A stretch of 53,257 nt of DNA, taken from the NCBI GenBank assembly GCA_030427685.1, contig JAUIBB010000001.1, positions 1-53,257 of the forward strand. The letters are read 5' to 3'. The notes beneath the pieces are model-generated. The model did not search any database and was not told the origin of the DNA. It saw only the letters and a list, made by a program, of their open reading frames with translations. Made by a program: the position numbers and the translations under genes. Shown here one piece after another: positions 7,788 to 18,875 of this stretch (position 1 is its first letter; every line of letters begins with the position of its first letter). This DNA comes from Alphaproteobacteria bacterium (GTDB lineage: Bacteria; Pseudomonadota; Alphaproteobacteria; Rickettsiales; UBA3002).

Positions 7788-9179
7788 CTAGATATGAATG
7801 GGCCGACCATCCACGGCCAACGCCGCTTCTTTTACCGCCTCGTTATAGGTCGGATGGGCGTGGCACGTACGCGCGATGTCTTCTGCGCTTGCCCCGAACT
7901 CCATCGCGATACAGGCCTCATGGATCATGTTGCCAGCCTGTGGGCCGATGATATGTACCCCCAGCACCCGGTCGGTTTTCTTATCCGCCAGTATTTTTAC
8001 CAGCCCGTCGGTTTGCCCCGTTGCGCGGCTGCGTGAGTTGGCAAGGAATGGGAACTTGCCGACGCGGTATTCAACACCTGCGGTTTTCAGCTCTTCTTCC
8101 GTTTTGCCTACGGTCGCCACTTCCGGATGGGTATAAACCACGCCCGGAATAGCATCATAATTGATGTGCGGCTTCTGGCCAGCGATCTGCTCGGCAACCA
8201 GCATGCCCTCATCCTCCGCCTTATGCGCAAGCATTGGGCCTTTCACAACGTCGCCAATCGCATAGATATGCGGCACCGACGTCTGGAGATGGTCATTCAC
8301 CTCGATACGGCCACGATTGTCTGTGTTGATACCGACATTCTCAAGACCCAGCTTGTCCGTATAGGCTTTGCGACCAACAGCAACCAGCACGACATCGGCC
8401 TTGATGGTTTCCGGCTTACCGCCTGCGGCAGGCTCGACCACAACATCGACACCGCCATTGCTGTTCTTTTTGGCCGATGCAACCTTCGAGCCCAGCTTAA
8501 ATTCAAAGCCCTGCTTCTCCAGCACCTTCTGGAACTGCTTGGCGATCTCATTGTCCATGCCCGGCGTGATGCGGTCGAGATATTCGATCACGGTCACCTT
8601 CGCGCCAAGGCGGCGCCAGACGGAGCCCAGCTCCAGCCCGATCACCCCGGCGCCAATGACGACCAGATGCTTAGGCACTGCCGCCAGTGAAAGTGCACCG
8701 GTCGAGGATACGATCTGTTTTTCATCAATGGTGATGCCGGGCAACGATACCACTTCGGAACCCGTCGCGATGATGATGTGCTTTGCCGAAAACTTCTCTT
8801 TACCGACGGAAACTTCATGCTTGCCGGTAATGGTCGCCGCGCCCTTCAACCAGGTGACTTTGTTCTTTTTGAACAAGCCCTCAATGCCTTTGGTAAGCCC
8901 TTTTACCACCTCGTCCTTACGCTTGATCATGGTCGAGAGGTTCAGGGTCACTTTACCGTCGATACCATGTGCTGCAAATGCATGCTGGGCATCCTCAAAT
9001 TTCTCGGACGAATCAAGCAGCGCCTTGCTCGGCATACAACCAACATTCAGGCAAGTGCCGCCAAGGGTGCTTCCCTTCTCAACACAGGCCGTTTTCAGCC
9101 CTAACTGCGCTGCACGAATGGCCGCAACATACCCGCCCGGCCCCGCGCCGATGACGATAACATCAAAAGATTCAGTCAT
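7788..9179 (-). CDS. lpdA: Dihydrolipoyl dehydrogenase (E3)
   Basis: [19 protein letters not shown] motif, redox-active [13 protein letters not shown], second Rossmann [11 protein letters not shown], and C-terminal HAHPT. Confidence 0.95.
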   Translation of the reverse strand: MTESFDVIVIGAGPGGYVAAIRAAQLGLKTACVEKGSTLGGTCLNVGCMPSKALLDSSEKFEDAQHAFAAHGIDGKVTLNLSTMIKRKDEVVKGLTKGIEGLFKKNKVTWLKGAATITGKHEVSVGKEKFSAKHIIIATGSEVVSLPGITIDEKQIVSSTGALSLAAVPKHLVVIGAGVIGLELGSVWRRLGAKVTVIEYLDRITPGMDNEIAKQFQKVLEKQGFEFKLGSKVASAKKNSNGGVDVVVEPAAGGKPETIKADVVLVAVGRKAYTDKLGLENVGINTDNRGRIEVNDHLQTSVPHIYAIGDVVKGPMLAHKAEDEGMLVAEQIAGQKPHINYDAIPGVVYTHPEVATVGKTEEELKTAGVEYRVGKFPFLANSRSRATGQTDGLVKILADKKTDRVLGVHIIGPQAGNMIHEACIAMEFGASAEDIARTCHAHPTYNEAVKEAALAVDGRPIHI

Positions 9180-9185
9180 GGTAAA

Positions 9186-9626
9186 TTAGTCCTCTTTGGG
9201 GCAATCTTCGGGTTTCAACATCACCGCAATCGCCTTTTCGTCTTCTTTGAAATAATAGACCCACTCATAATGCAGGCCTGCCGCAAATACCGGCGCGGAT
9301 TTTTCCGGGTCACACATTTTTTTGACATTGTTCTTCAGGCTTTTGCGCAGCGAGTCCTCGTCCTTGATATGCGTGCCCTCAACGAGCATGTCATACACAA
9401 TGGCGCGGTTGACCACATCGGCGCGCAAGTCATTCAGCGTCGTCAGCTTATCGACCTGTTTCGGCAACGGCGTTTCTGCTTTAAAATCAGCCACCAGTTT
9501 CACCAGCGGGTCTACTTGCTTGCCGTCGCTCAGCATCGACACAATGGCAACAATCACCACCACCACACCCAGCAGGCGCAGCAGGTTCTTTTTACAATCT
9601 GGTTTCTCGAAACATTTCTTCAACAT
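9186..9626 (-). CDS. Small single-pass membrane-anchored protein, unknown function
   Basis: N-terminal TM LLRLLGVVVVIVAIVSML. Sits 3 nt after the sucB stop and 6 nt before the lpdA start. About 47% GC, against about 53% in one adjacent sucB window. Confidence 0.55.
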   Translation of the reverse strand: MLKKCFEKPDCKKNLLRLLGVVVVIVAIVSMLSDGKQVDPLVKLVADFKAETPLPKQVDKLTTLNDLRADVVNRAIVYDMLVEGTHIKDEDSLRKSLKNNVKKMCDPEKSAPVFAAGLHYEWVYYFKEDEKAIAVMLKPEDCPKED

Positions 9627-9629
9627 AGC

Positions 9630-10829
9630 TTACAACCCCAATAATAGTCTGCGTGGATCCTCAATCGCCTGCTTCACCTTCACGAGGAAGGTCACGGACT
9701 CAGCACCATCAATGATACGGTGATCGTAGCTGAGGGCGATATACATCATCGGGCGAATAACGATCTCGCCCTTCACCACCACCGGGCGTTCCTCGATTTT
9801 ATGCATACCGAGGATACCGACTTGCGGTGGATTGATGATCGGTGTGGCCAACAGTGAACCATAAACGCCACCGTTCGTCACGGTAAACGTGCCGCCGGTC
9901 ATATCGGCCATGGTCAGCGAGCCGTCACGCGCACGTTTCGCTGCTGCTGCGATGTCGGCTTCGATCTGCGCCAGCGATTTTTTGTCGCAGTCACGAATCA
10001 CCGGCACGACCAGCCCGTTCGGGCCGCCGACTGCTACGCCAATATCGTAGTAGTTTTTATAGACGATCTCATCACCGGCGATCTCTGCATTGACGGCCGG
10101 AATCTGCTTCAGCGCATTAACCGCCGCTTTGATGAAAATCGCCATAAAGCCAAGGCGGGTGCCATCGTGCTTTTTCTCGAACTCATCCTTATATTCCGAA
10201 CGCAGCGCCATTACCGCCGACATATCCACCTCGTTGAAGGTGGTCAGCGTCGCGGCGGTATTCTGCGACTCTTTCAGGCGACGGGCAATGGTGGCACGCA
10301 GCTTGGTCATTTTCACGCGCTCTTCACGAGGGCCGGCAGCGGGAGCCGAGCCCATGCCGTCGCCCGAGAGTGCCGCCAACACATCGCCTTTGGTCAGGCG
10401 ACCATCCTTGCCCGTGCCGGAAATTGCACCCGCATTTACTTGCGGATTTTCTGCCAGCAGCTTGGTGGCTGCCGGGCCATTGCTGGATGCTGGAGCAGCA
10501 GCTGACGTCGTTTCTTTTGCCGGAGCAGCGGCAGGTTTTGCTGCCGGCTCTTCTTTTTTACCTGCAGATGGTGCAGACTTTCCGCCCGTTGCACCAACAT
10601 CAATCCGCCCCAGCAATGCGCCGGTCTCAACCGTTGCGCCATCTTTGGCCAATTGCTCTTTCAGCACGCCCGAGGCCGGTGCATTTACTTCCACCGTTAC
10701 TTTGTCGGTTTCAAGTTCTACCAGCGGCTCATCCGCCTTTACCGCATCACCGGGCTGCTTGAACCATTTAGCGATGGTCGCTTCCGAAACGGATTCGCCC
10801 AGTGTGGGAACGATAATTTCACCGGCCAT
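9630..10829 (-). CDS. sucB: Dihydrolipoyllysine-residue succinyltransferase (E2 of 2-oxoglutarate dehydrogenase)
   Basis: Lipoyl domain ([11 protein letters not shown]), Ala/Pro linker, and catalytic domain ending [10 protein letters not shown]. Confidence 0.95.
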   Translation of the reverse strand: MAGEIIVPTLGESVSEATIAKWFKQPGDAVKADEPLVELETDKVTVEVNAPASGVLKEQLAKDGATVETGALLGRIDVGATGGKSAPSAGKKEEPAAKPAAAPAKETTSAAAPASSNGPAATKLLAENPQVNAGAISGTGKDGRLTKGDVLAALSGDGMGSAPAAGPREERVKMTKLRATIARRLKESQNTAATLTTFNEVDMSAVMALRSEYKDEFEKKHDGTRLGFMAIFIKAAVNALKQIPAVNAEIAGDEIVYKNYYDIGVAVGGPNGLVVPVIRDCDKKSLAQIEADIAAAAKRARDGSLTMADMTGGTFTVTNGGVYGSLLATPIINPPQVGILGMHKIEERPVVVKGEIVIRPMMYIALSYDHRIIDGAESVTFLVKVKQAIEDPRRLLLGL

Positions 10830-10840
10830 TCTTTAATCTC

Positions 10841-13756
10841 CTATGCTTTCTTTTTTTGTTTGGTAGATGCCGCCACTTCAAGCGTCATCGCATTTTCAAT
10901 CAGCGCGTCTTGCGCTTTAGTAAAGAGTTTCAGGTAGCCTTCCGCAGGCGATGCCATTTCTTTCCGTCCGAAATAGCGAATACGCGACGTGCTGCGTCCA
11001 AGCTTATCCATCACATCCCCGATGCGTGGGCCAATGAAGCGCCATGCGCCCATATTCTCTGGTTCTTCCTGTGCCCAGGCAACTTCGGCGTTCGGGTATT
11101 GCTTGAGCGCCGTTTCAATCTCGGCGGCGGGGAATGGGTAGTATTGTTCCACCCGCACCAGCGCGATATCGTTGATTTTCTTGGCGCGGCGCGCTTCGAG
11201 CAGCTCGTAGTAATGCTTGCCACTGGTGAAAATCAGGCGACGGACATTGCTGTCTTTACCGAGCGTATCAATCTCAGGAATCACCCGCTTGAAGCTGCTA
11301 TCCGGGCCAAATTCTGCCAACGACGAGGTCGCCAGCTTATGCCGCAGCAAGGACTTCGGCGTCATCACGATCAGCGGCTTGCGGAAGTTGCGACGCACCT
11401 GACGACGCAGCGCGTGGAAGAAGTTTGCCGGGGTGGTGATATTACACACCTGCATGTTGTTCTCACCACACAGTTGCAGGAAGCGCTCCAGCCGCGCCGA
11501 AGAATGCTCTGGCCCCTGCCCTTCATAGCCATGCGGCAACAGCATCACCAGCCCACACATGCGCAGCCATTTGATCTCGCCCGAAGCGATGAACTGGTCG
11601 ATGACCATTTGTGCGCCGTTGGCGAAATCGCCGAACTGGGCTTCCCACAAGGTCAGCGCGCCCGGCTCTGCCAGTGAATAACCATATTCAAAGCCAAGCA
11701 CTGCCAGCTCCGAGAGGAACGAGTCAATCACTTCATACCGCGCCTGTCCGGCAGCGATATGGTTCAGCGGTATATAGCGCTCTTCATTTTCCTGATCGAC
11801 CAGCACCGAGTGACGGTGCGAGAAGGTGCCGCGACCAGAATCCTGACCCGACAGGCGTACCGGCGTATTTTCATGCAGCAGCGAACCGTAGGCAAGGGCT
11901 TCACCCATGGCCCAGTCGAGATTCTCGCCGGTGTCCATCATCGCCAACTTGGCCTTCATCTGACGGTCGATCTTACGGTTGAGATTAAACCCTTCCGGCA
12001 CCTTGGTCAGCGCCGTACCAATGGATTTCAGCACGCCGAGGTCAACCCCGGTATCCGGCTCACTGCCCACACCAAGCTCTGCCTTGGCAAACCCCGTCCA
12101 TTTTCCTTCAAGCCAGTTGGCTTTGTTTGGCTTATATTCTTTCCCGGCTTCATACTCTTTCAGGAAATGTGCGTTGAGCTTTTCTACTTCCGCGCCGATT
12201 TCCGCCTCGCTCATGACGCCTTCGGCAATCAGCCGTTGGCCGTAGATATGCGCCGGAAGCTGCTTTTGCGAGATGGTTTTATACATGATCGGCTGCGTGA
12301 ACATCGGTTCATCGCCTTCGTTATGGCCGTATTTACGGTAACAGATAATGTCCACCACAGCATCGCGCGTGAATTCCTGACGGAACTCCGTCGCCAACCG
12401 GCACGCGAACACCACGGCCTCAGGATCATCGCCATTGACGTGGAAAATCGGCGCCTGCACCATCTTCGCCACGTCCGACGGATAGGGCGTAAAGCGCGAA
12501 TATTTCGGCGCAGTCGTAAACCCGATCTGGTTGTTGACAATCACATGCACAGTGCCGCCCGTGCGATAGCCGCGCAGGTCCGCCATCGACAAAGTCTCAG
12601 CCACCGAGCCTTGCCCGGCAAACGCCGCATCGCCGTGCAGCAGCAGGCCCAGTACTTTCTTGCGCTCGGTGTCGCTGTACTGATCCTGTTTCGCGCGCAC
12701 TTTACCGGCCACCACAGGGTTGACGATTTCAAGGTGCGACGGGTTCGCTGTCAGCGACAAATGCATCGCACGGCCATCGCCCATATCGCGATCCGAGCTT
12801 GCGCCAAGATGGTATTTCACGTCGCCGGAGCTATCAATCGTCTCTGGGAAGTCCAGATTGCCGTTGAAGATCGACAACAGCTCGGAATATGGCTTGCCCA
12901 TGATGCTGGTCAGCACGTTCATCCGCCCACGGTGCGGCATGCCGATCACAATCTCATCGACCCCCACTTTGCTGGCGGTATCGAGAATCGACAACAGTCC
13001 GGGAACCATCGCATCGCCGCCTTGAATCGAGAAGCGCTTCATGCCGGTGTATTTTACCTGCACGAATTCTTCAAATCCCTCAACTTCCAGCAGGCTGCGC
13101 AGGATGCCTTTTTTCTCTTCCGCAGAGAATTTCGGATGGCCGTGCATTTCTTCCATGCGGGTCTGGATCCACTCGCGCTGGGCGAGGTCCTGGATATGCA
13201 TGTATTCAACGCCCATCGTGCCGCAATAAATTTCGCGCAGCATGTTCATAATTTCATCTAGCGTCGCACGCTCAAATCCAAGATTGCCACCAAGATAGAT
13301 CGAGCGGCTGGCATCCGCAGGCGTAAAGCCATAGGTTTCCGGCATCAGGTCTGCGATCATTTTCGGCTGCTCGATCCGCAACGGGTCGAGGTCTGCAAGC
13401 AGGTGCCCGCGCACACGGTAAGCACGGATCAACTGTTGCGCGCGCAGCGCATACAGCGCTTCTTCCTGCATTTTTGCGACATCAACCGTCGCCGATGCGC
13501 CTGCGGATTTCGCCCCACCGGATTTTTTATCCGCAGCAGGAGCAGCCTGCTGCTCTGGGTCGGCTTTCCCGATCACGCCGCCGTCGAACTGGTTCCATGA
13601 CGGCACATGTGACGCCGGATCACCAAGGCTGGCAAAGAATTTCTGCCAGCTGGGGTCAACGCTGGTCGGGTTGTTTAAATAGCGGTTATAGAGCTCCTCG
13701 ATAAAGGTCGAGTTTGCACCATAAAGATACGAAGTTTCAAAGAAGTTTTGGGTCAT
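10841..13756 (-). CDS. sucA: 2-oxoglutarate dehydrogenase E1 component
   Basis: 971 aa. N-terminus SYLYGANSTFIEELY, with characteristic E1o motifs throughout, including the GDAAFAGQG segment of the ThDP-binding region. Confidence 0.96.
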   Translation of the reverse strand: MTQNFFETSYLYGANSTFIEELYNRYLNNPTSVDPSWQKFFASLGDPASHVPSWNQFDGGVIGKADPEQQAAPAADKKSGGAKSAGASATVDVAKMQEEALYALRAQQLIRAYRVRGHLLADLDPLRIEQPKMIADLMPETYGFTPADASRSIYLGGNLGFERATLDEIMNMLREIYCGTMGVEYMHIQDLAQREWIQTRMEEMHGHPKFSAEEKKGILRSLLEVEGFEEFVQVKYTGMKRFSIQGGDAMVPGLLSILDTASKVGVDEIVIGMPHRGRMNVLTSIMGKPYSELLSIFNGNLDFPETIDSSGDVKYHLGASSDRDMGDGRAMHLSLTANPSHLEIVNPVVAGKVRAKQDQYSDTERKKVLGLLLHGDAAFAGQGSVAETLSMADLRGYRTGGTVHVIVNNQIGFTTAPKYSRFTPYPSDVAKMVQAPIFHVNGDDPEAVVFACRLATEFRQEFTRDAVVDIICYRKYGHNEGDEPMFTQPIMYKTISQKQLPAHIYGQRLIAEGVMSEAEIGAEVEKLNAHFLKEYEAGKEYKPNKANWLEGKWTGFAKAELGVGSEPDTGVDLGVLKSIGTALTKVPEGFNLNRKIDRQMKAKLAMMDTGENLDWAMGEALAYGSLLHENTPVRLSGQDSGRGTFSHRHSVLVDQENEERYIPLNHIAAGQARYEVIDSFLSELAVLGFEYGYSLAEPGALTLWEAQFGDFANGAQMVIDQFIASGEIKWLRMCGLVMLLPHGYEGQGPEHSSARLERFLQLCGENNMQVCNITTPANFFHALRRQVRRNFRKPLIVMTPKSLLRHKLATSSLAEFGPDSSFKRVIPEIDTLGKDSNVRRLIFTSGKHYYELLEARRAKKINDIALVRVEQYYPFPAAEIETALKQYPNAEVAWAQEEPENMGAWRFIGPRIGDVMDKLGRSTSRIRYFGRKEMASPAEGYLKLFTKAQDALIENAMTLEVAASTKQKKKA

Positions 13757-13825
13757 ACATCACCAGGGAAAAGATGCGCGGTTTGCCTCGACTTCTAGGC
13801 GTGCCGACGACGGTTTGCAAGCGGA

Positions 13826-14515
13826 TTATGGGCTCTGGCCAAAGGGGGTATTCACAAGAACGATCAGGAGGACAAGAAAAAGATAATAGGCCATGACCCA
13901 AACAAGGTCGCGCGCCCAGCGGAAACGGCGCTTGGCTGGGCTATCTGGCGATTCATTGCGCATAGCGTCCGACACCCGCAGATAAACCACTGCCGTGCCA
14001 GACACCCAATCATGCACCGCCTGCCGCCGTCTGGTCAGCGGAATCGTCAGCAACGGAAGCAGAAAAGCCGCAGCAATCAGGTATTCGCGGTGAGGCGCCG
14101 CACCAGAGGCCGCATCCGCCATGCTATAGTCCCACCAATAAAAATAGCCGGAAAACACAACCGAGAAATAAACCGTGTAGCGCAATGCCGCACGCCACGG
14201 CGTAATCCGCAGGCCGGTGCGTGCATCCACAATCCGCAGGCGGCGCAAGCGTTTGCCGACCGAGCCCATCCACAAAACCCACATCAACGGAAACGCAAGC
14301 CCCCCGAAATATTTTAGCCCGGCCCCAAACCAGTCCCGTGCGCTAACGGCACGCAAATATGCATACGATTCAGGAAAATACTGCGCCTCTACCTTGACCA
14401 CCACCAGCAATAACAGAAAAACAAGCGGTTGAATAAGAATGCCTGCCGCTAACAGGTCGTATCCCGTCGAAAGTATCCGGTCACGAAGGCTGGCAAATGG
14501 CTGAAAAATGCGCAT
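13826..14515 (-). CDS. RDD family integral membrane protein
   Basis: Multiple TM segments. SLRDRILSTGYDLL, GKRLRRLRIVDARTG and HDWVSGTAVV match the RDD-domain pattern. GAGGGGG SD. Confidence 0.7.
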   Translation of the reverse strand: MRIFQPFASLRDRILSTGYDLLAAGILIQPLVFLLLLVVVKVEAQYFPESYAYLRAVSARDWFGAGLKYFGGLAFPLMWVLWMGSVGKRLRRLRIVDARTGLRITPWRAALRYTVYFSVVFSGYFYWWDYSMADAASGAAPHREYLIAAAFLLPLLTIPLTRRRQAVHDWVSGTAVVYLRVSDAMRNESPDSPAKRRFRWARDLVWVMAYYLFLVLLIVLVNTPFGQSP

Positions 14516-14556
14516 GCCCCCTCATACCATAATCCGGCATTCAGCGGCACGAAAAC

Positions 14557-14850
14557 CTAACAGGAGACCGTCGCCTGCAACACTTCCCCTGAAGGCTGTG
14601 ACATTCCCTCGCCCACTCGGCAGCCGCTCACCAGCTCGATAGCACGCTTCTGGCGATAGCGCATCACGCGCGCGGTATCCCAGCCGCCGCCCCAGGCGAC
14701 ATAACCCCGTCCGCCCAGCGGCACTACCGAGATATGGTGGTCATCAATATTAACCATGCGCTTTTGCGGATCATTTGCGAACTGCTCTGCCGTCAGTGTC
14801 GCGCAAGACGCTAATATTCCACCAACGACCAATGCCATTATCAGGCGCAT
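14557..14850 (-). CDS. Small lipoprotein (97 aa), unknown function
   Basis: MRLIMALVVGGILAS|C lipobox. GGAGGG SD before the ATG at 14850. The 151-aa ORF extension overlaps the upstream gene and was rejected. Confidence 0.6.
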   Translation of the reverse strand: MRLIMALVVGGILASCATLTAEQFANDPQKRMVNIDDHHISVVPLGGRGYVAWGGGWDTARVMRYRQKRAIELVSGCRVGEGMSQPSGEVLQATVSC

Positions 14851-14869
14851 ATTCCCTCCACATATAGCA

Positions 14870-15502
14870 TTAGCGCTGTTTTTGTTGCAGCGCCTCTTCC
14901 GCTGCCGCAAACATTTTTGCTGTTTCAACCATTTGGTCCACCAGCGCCGTTTGGCCGCCGTGCGCAGACACGACGATCTTATTCGCCTCCAGGAACCGCC
15001 GTGCATTCTCACGCAGGTCCAGTGCAGGAACCGTCAACTGGTTGTAAAGAAAAGCGCCAAAACGTGCCGGATGACCATAGTCTGCAAAATCGAGCGCCGC
15101 GTCAAAGGCACGCTCCATCCGCGCAGGGTCGACCTCTGCGGTCACGGTGATTTTTCCCTTGGGGTGATGCCGGGCCTGCTCAACATCAAAATTGCAGTCA
15201 AATCCCTCTTTGACCATCGCCCCGATCAGTTGCTGCAATGTTGCGCTATCCACTTCCTCCCGCAGGTTAAACGCAATCGGCGACATGCCCCGCGTGTAAC
15301 GAAGTGGCTGCAAGGTGAGGTCTGATTTTAAATCATCATCGTCGGCCAACGCCGTCTTAAGGTAATTATGAAGCCCCTCTACCATAGGGTCTCCGGCAGG
15401 CACTTCCGCGCTTGTGTTTTTGTATTTGAGGCGCACAGTAATGGAGCTCCCCATTGAGGTCACGTGCGCGGCTATTTTCTCATTAAGGTCGATCGCATCC
15501 AT
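14870..15502 (-). CDS. Hypothetical acidic soluble protein (210 aa), no recognisable motif
   Basis: Uninterrupted ORF co-directional with and 23 nt downstream of sucD. Codon usage resembles its neighbours. No clear SD. Confidence 0.55.
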   Translation of the reverse strand: MDAIDLNEKIAAHVTSMGSSITVRLKYKNTSAEVPAGDPMVEGLHNYLKTALADDDDLKSDLTLQPLRYTRGMSPIAFNLREEVDSATLQQLIGAMVKEGFDCNFDVEQARHHPKGKITVTAEVDPARMERAFDAALDFADYGHPARFGAFLYNQLTVPALDLRENARRFLEANKIVVSAHGGQTALVDQMVETAKMFAAAEEALQQKQR

Positions 15503-15525
15503 GAGGAGAGGGCTTCGTAAAGGGC

Positions 15526-16401
15526 TTATTTGCCCAGCAGCTCTTTCATCGTGCGGCCCATGTAGCCGGGGTTGTCGACAACCTTAATCCCGGCTGAAAG
15601 CATCGCTTCGATCTTGTCTTCCGCGCCGCCTTTGCCGCCAGAAACAATCGCGCCCGCATGGCCCATGCGACGGCCCGGAGGCGCCGTACGGCCGGCGATG
15701 AAGCCGACTACCGGCTTTTTCTTTTTCGATTTTTTAAGGAAGTCTGCCGCCATTTCCTCTGCGTCGCCACCGATTTCACCGATCATGATGATTGCATCCG
15801 TATCATCATCGTTCAGGAACATTTCCAGCACATCCGTATGGTTGGTGCCGTTGACCGGATCGCCGCCGATACCGACGCAGCTGCTCTGGCCAAGGCCGAT
15901 GGCCGTCGTCTGGCCCACGGCTTCATAGGTCAGCGTGCCGGAGCGCGACAGAATGCCGATACGGCCCGGCTTGTGGATATGACCCGGCATGATGCCGATT
16001 TTGCATTCGCCCGGCGTAATCACGCCTGGACAGTTCGGCCCAACAAGGCGGGTGTTCGAGCCAGAAAGCGCACGCTTCACCTTCACCATGTCAAGCACCG
16101 GAATGCCCTCGGTGATACAGATCGCCAGCTCAATCTTTGCGTCGATTGCTTCGAGGATCGCATCCGCAGCAAAACGCGGCGGCACATAAATCACCGATGC
16201 GTTCGCACCCGTTTTGGCCTTAGCTTCCGCCACGGTGTTGAACACCGGCAGCTCCAGATGGCTGGTGCCACCTTTACCCGGCGTCACGCCGCCGACCATC
16301 TGCGTGCCATACGCAATCGCCTGCTCAGAGTGATACGTCCCCTCACGGCCCGTAAAGCCCTGACAGATCACTTTGGTGTTTTTGTTTACAAGAATAGCCA
16401 T
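15526..16401 (-). CDS. sucD: Succinate--CoA ligase [ADP-forming] subunit alpha
   Basis: [27 protein letters not shown], and the catalytic His loop GHAGAI. Confidence 0.96.
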   Translation of the reverse strand: MAILVNKNTKVICQGFTGREGTYHSEQAIAYGTQMVGGVTPGKGGTSHLELPVFNTVAEAKAKTGANASVIYVPPRFAADAILEAIDAKIELAICITEGIPVLDMVKVKRALSGSNTRLVGPNCPGVITPGECKIGIMPGHIHKPGRIGILSRSGTLTYEAVGQTTAIGLGQSSCVGIGGDPVNGTNHTDVLEMFLNDDDTDAIIMIGEIGGDAEEMAADFLKKSKKKKPVVGFIAGRTAPPGRRMGHAGAIVSGGKGGAEDKIEAMLSAGIKVVDNPGYMGRTMKELLGK

Positions 16402-16421
16402 TCTTTTCTCCCGTTAGTGTC

Positions 16422-16446
16422 ATCCTGCAAACCGAAGGGGCAGGAT
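16422..16446. repeat. REP-like hairpin in the 101-nt sucC-sucD spacer
   Basis: ATCCTGC-N11-GCAGGAT (7-bp stem). A T-run follows on the + strand only, and no + strand gene lies upstream. Confidence 0.5.
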
Positions 16447-16502
16447 CCTTTTTTGCGAAACCCCATATACTCGCTGCACGAGCCACAGGATCGTGTTAAT
16501 AA

Positions 16503-17675
16503 CTAGGCCGCCTGCTTTTTCACAGCGCCAGTGATTTTGTCTGCCGCATCTGCGAGGTCGTCAGCCGCGAGAATCGGTAGCCCACTTGTCGCCAGCATTT
16601 TCTTGCCCAGCTCCACGTTCGTACCGGCCAGACGCACCACCAGCGGCACCGACAGCGACACTTCACGCGCCGCAGCAATAATGCCTTCCGCGATAATATC
16701 GCAGCGCATGATCCCGCCGAAGATGTTCACGAGAATCCCCTCAACATTCGGGTCGGAAAGAATCAGTTTGAAGGCTTCCGTCACTTTCTCCTTGTTCGCG
16801 CCGCCGCCGACATCAAGGAAGTTCGCCGGCTCGCCGCCATAGAGCTTGATGATGTCCATCGTCGCCATCGCGAGACCCGCACCGTTCACCATGCAGCCGA
16901 TATTGCCGTCCATTTTCACGTAGCTCAGACCAAATTTCGCGGCTTGCAGCTCCAACGGATCTTCCTCGTCCTCGTCACGCATTTCTGCGATCTCAGGCTG
17001 GCGGAACAATGCGTTGTCGTCGAAGTTAAATTTCGCATCCAGCGCGATCAGCTTGCCGCCCTTGGTGATCACTAGCGGATTGATCTCCACCTGACTCGCA
17101 TCGGTCTCAAGGAACGCCTTGTAGAAGCCGAATACCATTTTCTGGAACTCACCATGCAGCTCTGCCGGGATTTGCATGCCAAACGCCAGCTGACGCGCGT
17201 GATGCCCTTGAATACCCGCCGCCGGATCAACCGGCACGGTGATGATTTTCTCTGGATGGCTGCTCGCTACTTCCTCAATATCCACGCCACCCTCTTTCGA
17301 GCCGATGAACGTAATCGCGCTATACGCACGATCCAGCACCACCGAAAGATAGAGCTCGGAACCAATGTCCGAGCCTTCCTCGATATACACGCGCTTGACT
17401 TCCTTCCCCTCGGGGCCGGTCTGGTGGGTCACGAGAATCATGCCCAGCATTTCTTTCGTCAGACGCTGGACTTCATCGAGCGATTTCGCCAGCTTCACGC
17501 CACCGGCCTTACCACGGCCACCCGCATGAATCTGGGCCTTCACCACCCAAAGATTGCCGCCGAGCGATTGCGCAACCTGCTCTGCCTCGGCAGGCGTGTA
17601 CGCCACCCCACCGCGCGGCACAGCCACACCAAATTTCGCAAGGACCGCCTTTGCCTGATACTCATGGATATTCAT
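16503..17675 (-). CDS. sucC: Succinate--CoA ligase [ADP-forming] subunit beta
   Basis: [17 protein letters not shown] start with an AAGGAGAAG SD. The ATP-grasp and ligase-CoA domains are recognisable. Confidence 0.96.
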   Translation of the reverse strand: MNIHEYQAKAVLAKFGVAVPRGGVAYTPAEAEQVAQSLGGNLWVVKAQIHAGGRGKAGGVKLAKSLDEVQRLTKEMLGMILVTHQTGPEGKEVKRVYIEEGSDIGSELYLSVVLDRAYSAITFIGSKEGGVDIEEVASSHPEKIITVPVDPAAGIQGHHARQLAFGMQIPAELHGEFQKMVFGFYKAFLETDASQVEINPLVITKGGKLIALDAKFNFDDNALFRQPEIAEMRDEDEEDPLELQAAKFGLSYVKMDGNIGCMVNGAGLAMATMDIIKLYGGEPANFLDVGGGANKEKVTEAFKLILSDPNVEGILVNIFGGIMRCDIIAEGIIAAAREVSLSVPLVVRLAGTNVELGKKMLATSGLPILAADDLADAADKITGAVKKQAA

Positions 17676-17696
17676 TCTCTTCTCCTTGATGCTGTC

Positions 17697-17767
17697 ACCC
17701 CGGCGAATGCGGGGTCTGCGCACTTTTCTGATGTTAGCAGTGCGCGGATGCCGCCACACGACGGCAT
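17697..17767. repeat. Three consecutive hairpins in the mdh-sucC spacer
   Basis: ACCCCG-N7-CGGGGT (17697-17715), TGCGCACT-N14-AGTGCGCG (17717-17746), ATGCCG-N8-CGGCAT (17748-17767). Confidence 0.45.
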
Positions 17768-17785
17768 GACAAGGTTAGTAACTAA

Positions 17786-18865
<1,080 letters not shown>

Positions 18866-18875
18866 TCACCAGCGG

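Noticed and set aside
11759-13261. 500-aa + strand ORF antisense to sucA.
   Set aside because: Shadow ORF inside a highly conserved gene. The translation is Arg/His-rich with no recognisable domain.
14851-15012. 5' extension of the lipoprotein ORF (151-aa version).
   Set aside because: It overlaps the upstream gene's 3' end and is Arg/Lys/Cys-rich nonsense. The internal ATG at 14850 has a GGAGGG SD and gives a canonical lipoprotein signal.
16447-16455. The T-run after the 16422-16446 hairpin makes it look like a + strand terminator.
   Set aside because: No + strand gene or promoter lies upstream, and all neighbours are transcribed on the minus strand. It is treated as a REP-like hairpin instead.
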